Shown here: positions 54,994-63,201 of the stretch, one piece after another | How positions within the stretch are numbered: position 1 is the stretch's first letter | Layout of the letters: each line of letters begins with the position of its first letter | Source of the DNA: an uncultured Spirochaetales bacterium | GTDB lineage: Bacteria > Myxococcota_A > UBA9160 > UBA6930 | NCBI GenBank assembly: GCA_964615365.1 | Contig: CAZTOU010000016.1 | Location: 28,277 to 92,276 of the forward strand | Reading direction: 5' to 3' | DNA: 64,000 nt | Position numbers and translations under genes: made by a program | The notes under the pieces: generated by a model | Databases searched by the model: none | Seen by the model: only the letters and a program-made list of their open reading frames with translations | What the model was told of the DNA's origin: nothing

Positions 54994-56547
54994 TCAGATG
55001 GCCTTTTCGTGGCCTTCCCAGTAGGGATCGCGGAGCTTTCTCTTGTAGAGCTTCCCGTTCGGATCCCGCGGCATCTCCTCGACGTAATCGACGGAGCGCG
55101 GCGTCTTGTACTTGGCGAGCTTGTCGACGCAGAAGCCGAGGATCTCCTGGGTGAGGGCGTCGCTGGTGGCGACGTCGTCGACGGGCTGCACCACCGCCTT
55201 CACCTCCTCGCCCCAGTCCGGGTGGGGAATGCCGAAGACAGCCACGTCGGCGATCTTGGGATGAATGAGGAGCACGTTCTCGATCTCCGCGGGGTAGATG
55301 TTGACGCCACCGGAGATGATCATGTCCGACTTGCGGTCGCATAGGAAAAGGTACCCGTCCTCGTTCAGGTAGCCGATGTCACCGACGGTGAAGTACTCAC
55401 CGCGCCGGCTCTTCCGGGTCTTCTCCTTGTCCTTGTGGTACTCGAAGTCCCCCTGACTCTGCTTCATGTAGACGGTGCCGTGCTCGCCGGCCGGGAGCTC
55501 GTTTCCGTCGTCGTCGTAGATCTTGATGTCCGAGGTCGGCCAGGGGCGCCCCACGGTGCCCGGATAGCGGCGCCACTCCTCCGGCGTCACCAGGGTACCC
55601 CCGCCCTCGGTGGCGGCGTAGTACTCGTAGATGCTGTCGCCCCACCAGTCGAGCATCGCGAGCTTCATCTCGATGGGACAAGGAGCCGCAGCGTGCACCA
55701 TGTTGCTCGTGGAGGAGCAGTCGTACTTCGCGCGCACCTCTTCGGGAAGGTGCAGCATGCGGTGGAACTGGGTGGGCACCATGTGGCTGGTGGTGGCCCG
55801 GTACTTCTCGATCAGCGCCAGGAAGTCCTCCGGCTTCCACTTGTCCATCACCACGGTGGGGTGACCCATGTGCATCGAGCACCCTGCGAACACCAGCACC
55901 GCGGTGTGGTAGAGCGGGGATCCCACCAGGTGGACGTTTCCGCTCTCGGCCTGGATGCCGAACATGGCCAGGAAGCCGGTGAAGAGAGCCGCCACCGTGT
56001 CCGGATCGAGGGGGGGAAGGGGCCGCCGCACGCCCTTGGGCCGGCCCGTGGTGCCGGAGGTGTAGTTCATCACCGCCCCGGCTGCCCGGTCTTCGGGCAG
56101 TGTCTCCGGCTGGCCCGCCAGAAGCTCCGCATAGGAGCGGAAGCCCTCGATCTCTCCGACGGCGAAGCGCGCCTCTTTCGGGAAGTCGAGTTCGTCCATC
56201 GCTACCGCACAGGAGGGGCCGAATCGCTCGCCACCCACGAACGCCTTCGCCTCCGAATCCCCGACGATGTAGGCGATCTCCGGCGCGGTCAGGTGATGGT
56301 TGATCGGGCTCAGGTACCAGCCCGCCTGGCAGGTGGCCAGGTAGAGCTCGACCATGGCGCGGCCGTTGGGGATCACGGCGGCGACACAGTCGCCCTTCTC
56401 GAGCCCGAGGCTCCGAAGCCCGTGAACCAGCCGGTTGCAGGACGCGAGGAGCTCGCCCCGCGAGACCTCCGCGCCCTCCTCCGGGCACACCAGGGCGAGC
56501 TTCGAGGGATCCTTCTGCGCGAAGTTCCAGAATCCCAGATCCGACAT
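54994..56547 (-). CDS. Acyl-CoA synthetase (AMP-forming)
   Basis: 517-aa ORF with 'YTSGTTGRPKGV' and 'GDIGYLNEDGYLFLCDRKSDMIISGGVNIYP'. Confidence 0.9.
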   Translation of the reverse strand: MSDLGFWNFAQKDPSKLALVCPEEGAEVSRGELLASCNRLVHGLRSLGLEKGDCVAAVIPNGRAMVELYLATCQAGWYLSPINHHLTAPEIAYIVGDSEAKAFVGGERFGPSCAVAMDELDFPKEARFAVGEIEGFRSYAELLAGQPETLPEDRAAGAVMNYTSGTTGRPKGVRRPLPPLDPDTVAALFTGFLAMFGIQAESGNVHLVGSPLYHTAVLVFAGCSMHMGHPTVVMDKWKPEDFLALIEKYRATTSHMVPTQFHRMLHLPEEVRAKYDCSSTSNMVHAAAPCPIEMKLAMLDWWGDSIYEYYAATEGGGTLVTPEEWRRYPGTVGRPWPTSDIKIYDDDGNELPAGEHGTVYMKQSQGDFEYHKDKEKTRKSRRGEYFTVGDIGYLNEDGYLFLCDRKSDMIISGGVNIYPAEIENVLLIHPKIADVAVFGIPHPDWGEEVKAVVQPVDDVATSDALTQEILGFCVDKLAKYKTPRSVDYVEEMPRDPNGKLYKRKLRDPYWEGHEKAI

Positions 56548-56566
56548 GGCCTCTCCCTATCTCCGT

Positions 56567-57724
56567 TCAGGGCTTCTCGCTGCCGACGATCCACATGGCG
56601 AAGTACTGGGAGCCTCCCCCGTAGGCGTGTCCCAGCGCCTTGCGAACTCCGTCCACCTGGTGCTCTCCCGCCTGCCCCCGTACCTGCATGGCGGACTCCG
56701 CGTAGCGAATCATCCCCGATGCGCCGATCGGGTTGGAGGAGAGCACTCCTCCCGAGCAGTTGATGGGCATGTCCCCGTCGAGGGCCGTGGCCCCCTCCTG
56801 GGTCATCCTCCAGCCGCTCCCCTCCTCGGCGAAGCCGAGGTTCTCCATCCACATCGGCTCGAACCAGCTGAAGGGCACGTAGATCTCGGCCATGTCCAGC
56901 TCCTTGCGCGGGTTGGTGATCCCCGCCTTCTTGTAGAGGCTGGCGGCGCAGTCCCGTCCCGCTCGGGGGTTGACCTGGTCGCGGCCCGAGAACATGGTGG
57001 GCTCGCTGCGCATTTCGGTGGCGTGGATCCAGGCGGGAGGTCTCGGCGACTTCTTCGCCGCCGCCTCGCTGGCGAGCACCATGGCGGCCGCTCCGTCGGA
57101 GGTGGGACAGGTCTCGAGGTAGCGGATCGGGTCCCAGAGCATCGGCGACCTCGCGATGGTCTCGAAGTCGATGTCGGGGAGCTGGATGTGTGTGTAGGGA
57201 TTCTTGAGCGCGTTCAGGCGATCTTTGAGCGCCACCCGGATGCCGGTGTCTTCGGGTGCTCCCGAGCGCCGGATGTAGGCGCGGATCAGTGGGGCGAAGT
57301 AGCCACCGGCTCCGGCCACCACGGTCACGCTGAAGGGCCGTACGATGGTGAGCGTCCACATCACGTCGCCTTCGGAGTGCTTCTCGTAGGCCAGCGTCAG
57401 CACCCGCTGGTGCACTCCGGAGTGGATCAGGCTGGCCGCCACCAGCGCCGTCGACCCCCCGACGCTGCCGGCGGTGTGGACCCGAAGGATCGGCTTCCCC
57501 ACCGCGCCGAGCGCGTCGGCGAGGGAGAGCTCCGGCATCACCACGCCTTCGAACATGTCTGGCGCCTTGCCGATCACAATGGCGTCGATGTCCTTCCAGG
57601 TGCAGCCCGCGTCCTCGAGGGCGCGGTCCGCCGCCTCCCGCACCAGCCCGGCCGTGGAGACGTCGATGCGCTTCTGGTCCTGCTCGGTCTGACCGATTCC
57701 GATGACTCCGCAGAGCTCCGCCAT
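56567..57724 (-). CDS. SCP-x/Ltp-type thiolase-fold protein (possible aldolase-type, canonical Cys/His apparently replaced)
   Basis: 385 aa from ATG 57724, which overlaps the upstream stop as ATGA. It has a thiolase fold ('DIDAIVIGKAPD', 'NCSGGVLSSNPIGASG'). 'SNP' replaces 'GHP', and 'AYGGG' sits where thiolases have 'CxGGG'. Confidence 0.75.
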   Translation of the reverse strand: MAELCGVIGIGQTEQDQKRIDVSTAGLVREAADRALEDAGCTWKDIDAIVIGKAPDMFEGVVMPELSLADALGAVGKPILRVHTAGSVGGSTALVAASLIHSGVHQRVLTLAYEKHSEGDVMWTLTIVRPFSVTVVAGAGGYFAPLIRAYIRRSGAPEDTGIRVALKDRLNALKNPYTHIQLPDIDFETIARSPMLWDPIRYLETCPTSDGAAAMVLASEAAAKKSPRPPAWIHATEMRSEPTMFSGRDQVNPRAGRDCAASLYKKAGITNPRKELDMAEIYVPFSWFEPMWMENLGFAEEGSGWRMTQEGATALDGDMPINCSGGVLSSNPIGASGMIRYAESAMQVRGQAGEHQVDGVRKALGHAYGGGSQYFAMWIVGSEKP

Positions 57725-58779
57725 CAGCTTCCCTCCAGCACGCAGACCAGATTCTGCTGCAGACAGGGGCCCGAGGTGGCGTGAGCCACCGCTCGGCTCG
57801 CGGAGCCGTCCTGGATCCGCGCCGCGGCCTCCCCGATCCGGATCAGGCCCGCCGCCATCACCGCGTTGGCGCAGAGGGCACCGCCCGATGGATTCACCTT
57901 CACCTCCTCGCCGAGCCCCATCGCCTCGCACAGGATCAGCTCCTGGTGGCTGAAGGGGGCGTAGAGCTCCGCCACCTCGACGGGGGCTCGCCCCAGGCCC
58001 GCCTTCTCCGCAGCCAGCGCCGTAGACGAAGATCTGGCGAGATCGCGAACGCCCAGATCGTGCGCCTCGATGCGGTGATCGATCCCGGTGATCCAGGCCG
58101 GGCGCTCGCAGACACTGCGGGCCAGGTCGCCGGCAGCCAGCACCACGGCGGCCGCTCCGTCGGAGATGGGAGCGCAGTCGTGCTTGCAGAGCGGTGAAGC
58201 GATCTTCGGCTCCGCCAGCAGCTCCTCCACCGTGACGTCTCCGGCGAGCTGGGCGTTGGGATTATCCTTGGCATTGCGCCGGCTGCGCACCACCACCTCG
58301 GCCAGATCGCGCTCGCTCACCCGACCCTCCTCCAGCAGCAGCCGGGCCTGGAGTGCGCCGAGGCTCATCTGGTCGGGCCAGAGCGGCGCCATGTAGTAGG
58401 GATCGAGCTGCAGGCACAGCACCTCGGAGATGTTGCACATCGACGACTTTCCGAAGCAGTAGACCAGTGCCGCGTCCTGCTCGCCGACCTGGAGCTTCAC
58501 CCAGGCCTCGTAGAGGGCCCAGGCGCCGTCCATCTCCACGTGGGACTCGCAGACCGGGGGCCAGCACCCCGCCGCATCGAGGCTCATCACGAAGGAGAAG
58601 GGGACCCCGGCCACGACGTCGCTGCTGCCCGAGCAGATGAAGCCGATCTCCTTCTTCTCGACCCCCGAGCGCTCGACGGCTTCCTGCACCACCGGCATCA
58701 GGATCTCGACCTCGTTGCGCTCCAGCTCCTGCCGCTTGTTCGGGGCCTGCGCGAAGGAAACCACCGCGACGTCCCGCAT
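57724..58779 (-). CDS. Thiolase-fold protein (partner subunit)
   Basis: 351 aa from ATG 58779, which overlaps the upstream stop as ATGA. 'CAPISDGAAAVVL' and 'NPSGGALCANAVMAAG' are thiolase-like. Confidence 0.75.
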   Translation of the reverse strand: MRDVAVVSFAQAPNKRQELERNEVEILMPVVQEAVERSGVEKKEIGFICSGSSDVVAGVPFSFVMSLDAAGCWPPVCESHVEMDGAWALYEAWVKLQVGEQDAALVYCFGKSSMCNISEVLCLQLDPYYMAPLWPDQMSLGALQARLLLEEGRVSERDLAEVVVRSRRNAKDNPNAQLAGDVTVEELLAEPKIASPLCKHDCAPISDGAAAVVLAAGDLARSVCERPAWITGIDHRIEAHDLGVRDLARSSSTALAAEKAGLGRAPVEVAELYAPFSHQELILCEAMGLGEEVKVNPSGGALCANAVMAAGLIRIGEAAARIQDGSASRAVAHATSGPCLQQNLVCVLEGS

Positions 58780-59267
58780 CAGAGGTGCTCCTTGTAGGAA
58801 TCGAAGTCCGCGTCGGGCTCGTCGATCGGCTTGAAGTACTTGATGCTCTTGAGCGTGGGGCCGATCTCCTCGTCCGGCACCCAGACGGCCTGGACGCGCA
58901 TGCCCATCCGCACCTCCTCCACGGGGCAATCGGACACCACGTGGAACATCGCGATGTCGGCACCGTCGAGCAGCACGCTGGCGGCGACGAAGGGCGGCTG
59001 GACGCTCAGATTCTCGGCGGGGATGCGGACGATGCAGAAGGTGGTGATCGTCCCCTTGTCGGAGACCTCCACCGGCTCGGTGGTGGGAACGCCGTGCGTG
59101 GGAGACGCTCCCGCAGAGGGGACGTAGACCTTCCCGGTGATCGGGCAGCGCTGTCCGATCAGCTTCTTCTGGGCGACCCCGCGCAAGAAGCGCGTGGTGG
59201 CCTCCCCTGCCGCATAGGTGTAGTCGAGGCGAATCGGAGCGCTGATGCTCTTGACCGGCTTGCTCAC
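58779..59267 (-). CDS. DUF35 (Zn-ribbon + OB-fold) acyl-CoA-associated protein
   Basis: 162 aa from GTG 59267 (GTGA overlap). 'LIGQRCPITGKVYVP' is a rubredoxin-like knuckle, followed by an OB-fold region 'GTITTFCIV...VLLDGADIAMFHVV'. Confidence 0.7.
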   Translation of the reverse strand: MSKPVKSISAPIRLDYTYAAGEATTRFLRGVAQKKLIGQRCPITGKVYVPSAGASPTHGVPTTEPVEVSDKGTITTFCIVRIPAENLSVQPPFVAASVLLDGADIAMFHVVSDCPVEEVRMGMRVQAVWVPDEEIGPTLKSIKYFKPIDEPDADFDSYKEHL

Positions 59268-59725
59268 TTCTCCCCCTCCGGCTCGAAGCAGCTGATGTCG
59301 AGAATCTCGCCGACGGTCTCGTCCCGCCAGCGCACCCGGACCCGCATTCCGGTCCGCATCTTCGACTCCTCGCCGGCGTCGACGGCGTGGAGCATGGCGG
59401 TATCGGCGCCGTCGAGCTGAATCAGTGCCCATGCAAAGGGGCGACCCAAGGGATGCTTCTGCTTGGGGCTGCTCACCCAGGACCAGGTCGTGACCACCCC
59501 GGACTGGCCGACCTCGACGAACTCGTCGAGAGCCTCGCTGGTCTCCGGATCGTATTCCTTGGGCGGGACCATCACGCGACCGTCGCGGGTGCGGATTCCC
59601 TCGATCCGGCGGTCGCGCAGCCCGGTGAGGAAGCGGCTCATCACCGGTCCCAGGGAACGCCTGAATGTGTGCTCCACGACATAGGGTGCGGCGAAGATCT
59701 CGCCACCTCTCGCGCCGGTACTCAT
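59264..59725 (-). CDS. DUF35 (OB-fold) acyl-CoA-associated protein
   Basis: 153 aa from ATG 59725, with GAGGAG upstream. 'GVVTTWSWV...ALIQLDGADTAMLHAV...GMRVRVRWR'. Confidence 0.7.
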   Translation of the reverse strand: MSTGARGGEIFAAPYVVEHTFRRSLGPVMSRFLTGLRDRRIEGIRTRDGRVMVPPKEYDPETSEALDEFVEVGQSGVVTTWSWVSSPKQKHPLGRPFAWALIQLDGADTAMLHAVDAGEESKMRTGMRVRVRWRDETVGEILDISCFEPEGEK

Positions 59726-59735
59726 TCGCCTCTCC

Positions 59736-60422
59736 TCACCGCTCCGGGCTTCTCGAAGACCCTCCCAGGAGGTATTCCGCCGCGGTCCGCATCTGATCCG
59801 TGACCGTCTTGACGGGGTGGAGCCCACCCCCCCAGCCCACCAGCGCGGAGAACCAGACGTGCTCGAGAATCCTCACGATCGCCTGCTCCTGCTCGCTCCC
59901 CTCCGTCTCGGTGATGGACTTGGAGATGTCGGGGCTCTCGTCGCGGATCGCGGCGACGATCATCCGCGCCATGCGCAGGTGGAAGCCGGCCACCTTCTCG
60001 GCGGTCTTGTGGTCGCCGGAGGCGACGGCGCGGATCACCGCCCTCGCGTAGTTGGGCCGGCGTGTGAACCCGCGGGTCGCCCGCGCGAAGAACTCCGTGG
60101 TCCGCTCCTGTGCCGAGCCGCCGCTCGGGGGGCGCGCCGCGATCACGCTCTCGAGCCGCTCCGCGTCCTCGTTCACGGCGGAGAGCAGGATGTCCTCTTT
60201 GCTGCGGAAGTACTTGTAGAGGGTGCCGAGCGCCACCCCGGAGGCCTCCGCCACGTCGCGGAGGCGGACGCCGTCGAAGCCGCCCTTCTCGGCGAGCGCC
60301 ACCGCGGCGTCGACGATGTGGCGAACCCGCCTGAGCTGGCTGGCCGCCAGCCGTGCCATGCCCTCGCCGTCAGGAGCTCCCGATGCTCCGTCGGCGGCCG
60401 GGGGACGTGCGTTGCCGGTCAT
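59736..60422 (-). CDS. TetR-family transcriptional regulator
   Basis: 228-aa ORF with the HTH 'VRLRDVAEASGVALGTLYKYFRSKEDIL'. It lies 10 nt upstream of the DUF35/thiolase operon. Confidence 0.9.
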   Translation of the reverse strand: MTGNARPPAADGASGAPDGEGMARLAASQLRRVRHIVDAAVALAEKGGFDGVRLRDVAEASGVALGTLYKYFRSKEDILLSAVNEDAERLESVIAARPPSGGSAQERTTEFFARATRGFTRRPNYARAVIRAVASGDHKTAEKVAGFHLRMARMIVAAIRDESPDISKSITETEGSEQEQAIVRILEHVWFSALVGWGGGLHPVKTVTDQMRTAAEYLLGGSSRSPER

Positions 60423-60428
60423 GCCGTT

Positions 60429-60457
60429 ATTGAAACAGGTTTCAATTCGATTGTCTA
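60429..60457 (-). promoter_or_regulatory. Putative tetR promoter (TAGACA-17-TTCAAT) with an embedded perfect 8+8 palindromic operator; the transcript would be leaderless or nearly so
   Basis: The palindrome ATTGAAAC-AG-GTTTCAAT spans 60429-60446. On the minus strand, TAGACA (60457-60452), a 17-nt spacer, TTCAAT (60434-60429), then 6 nt to ATG 60422. Confidence 0.5.
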
Positions 60458-60530
60458 CGCATCAGCAGAGCGAACCGGCGCCGGAGGGGGAGGGATCCCC
60501 CTCCACCTCCGGCCTCCCGGGAGGAAAGGG

Positions 60531-61739
60531 CTACCGCCGCTCTTGGGGGATTCGGTGGGACATCACGATGCGGGCGGCCAGAGCCAGCAGGCTGCGGGGG
60601 AGGAGGCGGAGAGCGGCGTTGCCGCGCAGCCAGTTGAACACGCCGGGGATCAGCGAGGGCTTCCTGCCCAGAGCATCCAGCGACCTGGCCACCACCACCT
60701 CGGCGGACTCGCCGGCGTGGGGCAGCTCTCCCGACACCGCCTGGAACTCGGTCTCCGTGGTGCCGGGCAGCACGGCCAGGCAGTCCACCCCGCTGCCCTG
60801 GAGTTCGGCCCAGAGCGCCTCGCCGAGAAGATTGGCGAAGGCCTTGGTGCCGCTGTAGAGCGCGTGGAGGGGCAGGGGCTGGGATCCCGCGATCGAGCCG
60901 ACGATGATCACGGCGCCGCGCCCCCGGGCCTGCATCCCCGGGAGCAGGATGCTCGTGAGCACGGTGGGCGCCGTGCAGTTCACCTCGACCATCGCGCGCA
61001 TCCCCTCTCGGTCCTGCGTCCCGAAGCGTCCGGCGGAGCCGAAGCCCGCGTTGTTGACGAGGATGGCGATCTCGAGGTCGCTCACCGCCTCGGCCAGGCG
61101 TTCGGCCCCCGGACGGGCGGCGAGATCCACCGCCACCACCCGCGTCGCCACCTGATGGCTCTTCTCGAGCTCGTCCGCCAGGGAGCGAAGCCGATCCTCG
61201 CGGCGCGCCGTCAGCACGCAGGAGACACCGTCCCGGGCGAGGGCCCGCGCGAAGGCGGCCCCGATTCCCGACGATGCCCCGGTCACCAGGGCCCACTCGC
61301 CGTAGCGTTGGCGCAGGGATTCCGGGGGCACCCGGAAGCGCTCGCGGGCCCGCCACAGCGCCACGGCGGGAATCGCGAACACCAGGCCGGCCACGATCCC
61401 GATGATCCAGCCGACCGGCCCACCCCGCTCGAGGATCGGCCACACGGCCATCCCCAGGGCCACCTGGGCCACGTAGATCGACGCCCAGGGCCACATCCAG
61501 GACCGCATCCCCCAGAAGCCGATCATCCCGGCCGCGTAGATCCCCCAGTGGGGGAAGGCGAGAATCTTCGCGGCCCAGCCGGTGAAGGAGAAGCCGAACC
61601 ACACCTCCACGTCGCGCTCGACGGGCTTGATGAAGATGTCCCACGGCAGGTAGATCAGGGCCATGTACGCGCAGAAGACGAGCAGCGCGTTCATCCAGAT
61701 CGGCCTTCTGCTCATGTGGTTGCGAAGCCATTCGCCCAT
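60531..61739 (-). CDS. SDR-family oxidoreductase fused to an N-terminal ~130-aa membrane domain
   Basis: 402-aa ORF with four N-terminal TM segments rich in Trp, then 'ALVTGASSGIG', 'NNAG' and 'YSGTK'. Confidence 0.8.
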   Translation of the reverse strand: MGEWLRNHMSRRPIWMNALLVFCAYMALIYLPWDIFIKPVERDVEVWFGFSFTGWAAKILAFPHWGIYAAGMIGFWGMRSWMWPWASIYVAQVALGMAVWPILERGGPVGWIIGIVAGLVFAIPAVALWRARERFRVPPESLRQRYGEWALVTGASSGIGAAFARALARDGVSCVLTARREDRLRSLADELEKSHQVATRVVAVDLAARPGAERLAEAVSDLEIAILVNNAGFGSAGRFGTQDREGMRAMVEVNCTAPTVLTSILLPGMQARGRGAVIIVGSIAGSQPLPLHALYSGTKAFANLLGEALWAELQGSGVDCLAVLPGTTETEFQAVSGELPHAGESAEVVVARSLDALGRKPSLIPGVFNWLRGNAALRLLPRSLLALAARIVMSHRIPQERR

Positions 61740-61852
61740 CTCAATCCCTCGTGCTCGTACCTACCCCGCCGGAGATCCGTGCCGGCCTCCGCGCCTCCAT
61801 TTTGCGGCCCGGCGGCCGAAAAGACCAGGATCAGGCTGTGGGAGGAGAGTGT

Positions 61853-62326
61853 ATGGGATTGCGACTCGCCGGACTCGTCGGCGTCTGCTGCCTGACGATG
61901 GCACTCGCCTGCGGAGGCGATCCGCAGGCGCCCGAGGAACAGGTTCGGGCCGTGATCGAGGAGATCGAGCGCGCCGCCGAGGCAGGAGACGTCTCCGCGT
62001 TCAAGGCAGTCATCTCCGAGAGGTACCAGGACGAGCGCGGCTTCGACAAGAGGGACCTGGTCGCCTACGTCACCTTCCACGTCATGCGCCACACCCAAAG
62101 GCGCTTCTTCGCGCGGGTTCGATCCATCCAGATTCGTGACAACGGGCGCGCCGAGGTCGTGGTCATAGCGGCGATCAGCGGGAGGGACGTGAGCGGTCTC
62201 GAAGAGCTGGCCACCTTGAACGCCGACGTCTACCAGCTCGACGTCGACCTCGACGACGAGGGCAACGGAGACTGGCAGGTGGTCTGGGCGCAGTGGTGGA
62301 GGACGGCGCCGACCGACCTTCTCTAG
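61853..62326 (+). CDS. Small lipoprotein (NTF2/SnoaL-like fold suspected)
   Basis: ATG 61853 is preceded by GGAGGAG. Lipobox 'LTMALAC'. 157 aa. The track ORF begins upstream at 61751. Confidence 0.55.
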   Translation: MGLRLAGLVGVCCLTMALACGGDPQAPEEQVRAVIEEIERAAEAGDVSAFKAVISERYQDERGFDKRDLVAYVTFHVMRHTQRRFFARVRSIQIRDNGRAEVVVIAAISGRDVSGLEELATLNADVYQLDVDLDDEGNGDWQVVWAQWWRTAPTDLL

Positions 62327-63096
62327 GATGGGTCGCGCTTTGCCGGGGTGAACGGTCGCACCACTCCCATCTCTCGCAGCTCCGCGATCGACAGCACCTT
62401 TCCGGTGTAGTCGATGGGTTGCTCGGCAAACCACAGCGCCGCGTCGGTCATGATGATGGCGTCCTCGAAGGGAACCGCCGCATCCTCCGGAAGCGTTTCC
62501 GCGAACCCCTCGGTCCACACCGGAACCTCGAGCCGGATGCAGTTCACGGCCACCTTGCCCGAGAGATCGAAGGCGAGGGAGCGGGTCATCGCCTCCAGGG
62601 CGGCCTTGGTGGTCATGTAGCTGGCGCGCCCGAACTCGGGCATCTGGGAGACACCGGAAGAGATGTTCAGCACCCGGCCCTGGCCCGTTTCGACCATGCG
62701 CGGGGCGAAGTAGTAGATCATGTAGAAGGGACCGTTCACGTTGACGTCGACCCCCAGGCGCCAGCGCTTGGTCGAATCCTCCAGGGCCGGCTTGGGAGGG
62801 GCCAGGGCCGCGTTGTTGATGAGCAGGTCGCAGCGGCCCCACTCGGCGTAGACCCGGTCGGCGAGCTCGGTCACCGCACCTTCATCGCGAACGTCGAGTG
62901 CCACGGGGAGGGCGCGGCGACCCTCCTCGGCCACCAGGCGGGCCGTCTCTTCGATGGTGCCGGGAAGCCTTCCGGGACTATCCGCAGAGGAGCGAGCGGT
63001 ACAGACGACGTCGTAGCCAGTTCGGGCGAGGTCGACGCAGAGGCGCTTGCCGATGCCGCGGCTGGCGCCAGTGACGAGAGCAACGGGCTGGGTCAT
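62323..63096 (-). CDS. SDR-family oxidoreductase
   Basis: 257 aa from ATG 63096, with GGAAGGAGG upstream. 'ALVTGASRGIG', 'NNAA' and 'YMTTK'. Confidence 0.85.
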   Translation of the reverse strand: MTQPVALVTGASRGIGKRLCVDLARTGYDVVCTARSSADSPGRLPGTIEETARLVAEEGRRALPVALDVRDEGAVTELADRVYAEWGRCDLLINNAALAPPKPALEDSTKRWRLGVDVNVNGPFYMIYYFAPRMVETGQGRVLNISSGVSQMPEFGRASYMTTKAALEAMTRSLAFDLSGKVAVNCIRLEVPVWTEGFAETLPEDAAVPFEDAIIMTDAALWFAEQPIDYTGKVLSIAELREMGVVRPFTPAKRDPS

Positions 63097-63201
63097 GGAG
63101 TCCTCCTTCCCCGATGGTAGCCGGGGCCGAGCCCGATCCGCGAGGATCGCGAGCCGGCCCGGCTCGATTCTCCGACGCTCGCAACTGCTACTCTGCGCTG
63201 G

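Noticed and set aside
59817-61895. 692-aa ORF on the plus strand
   Set aside because: It is antisense to the TetR and membrane-SDR genes, both of which carry clear family motifs.
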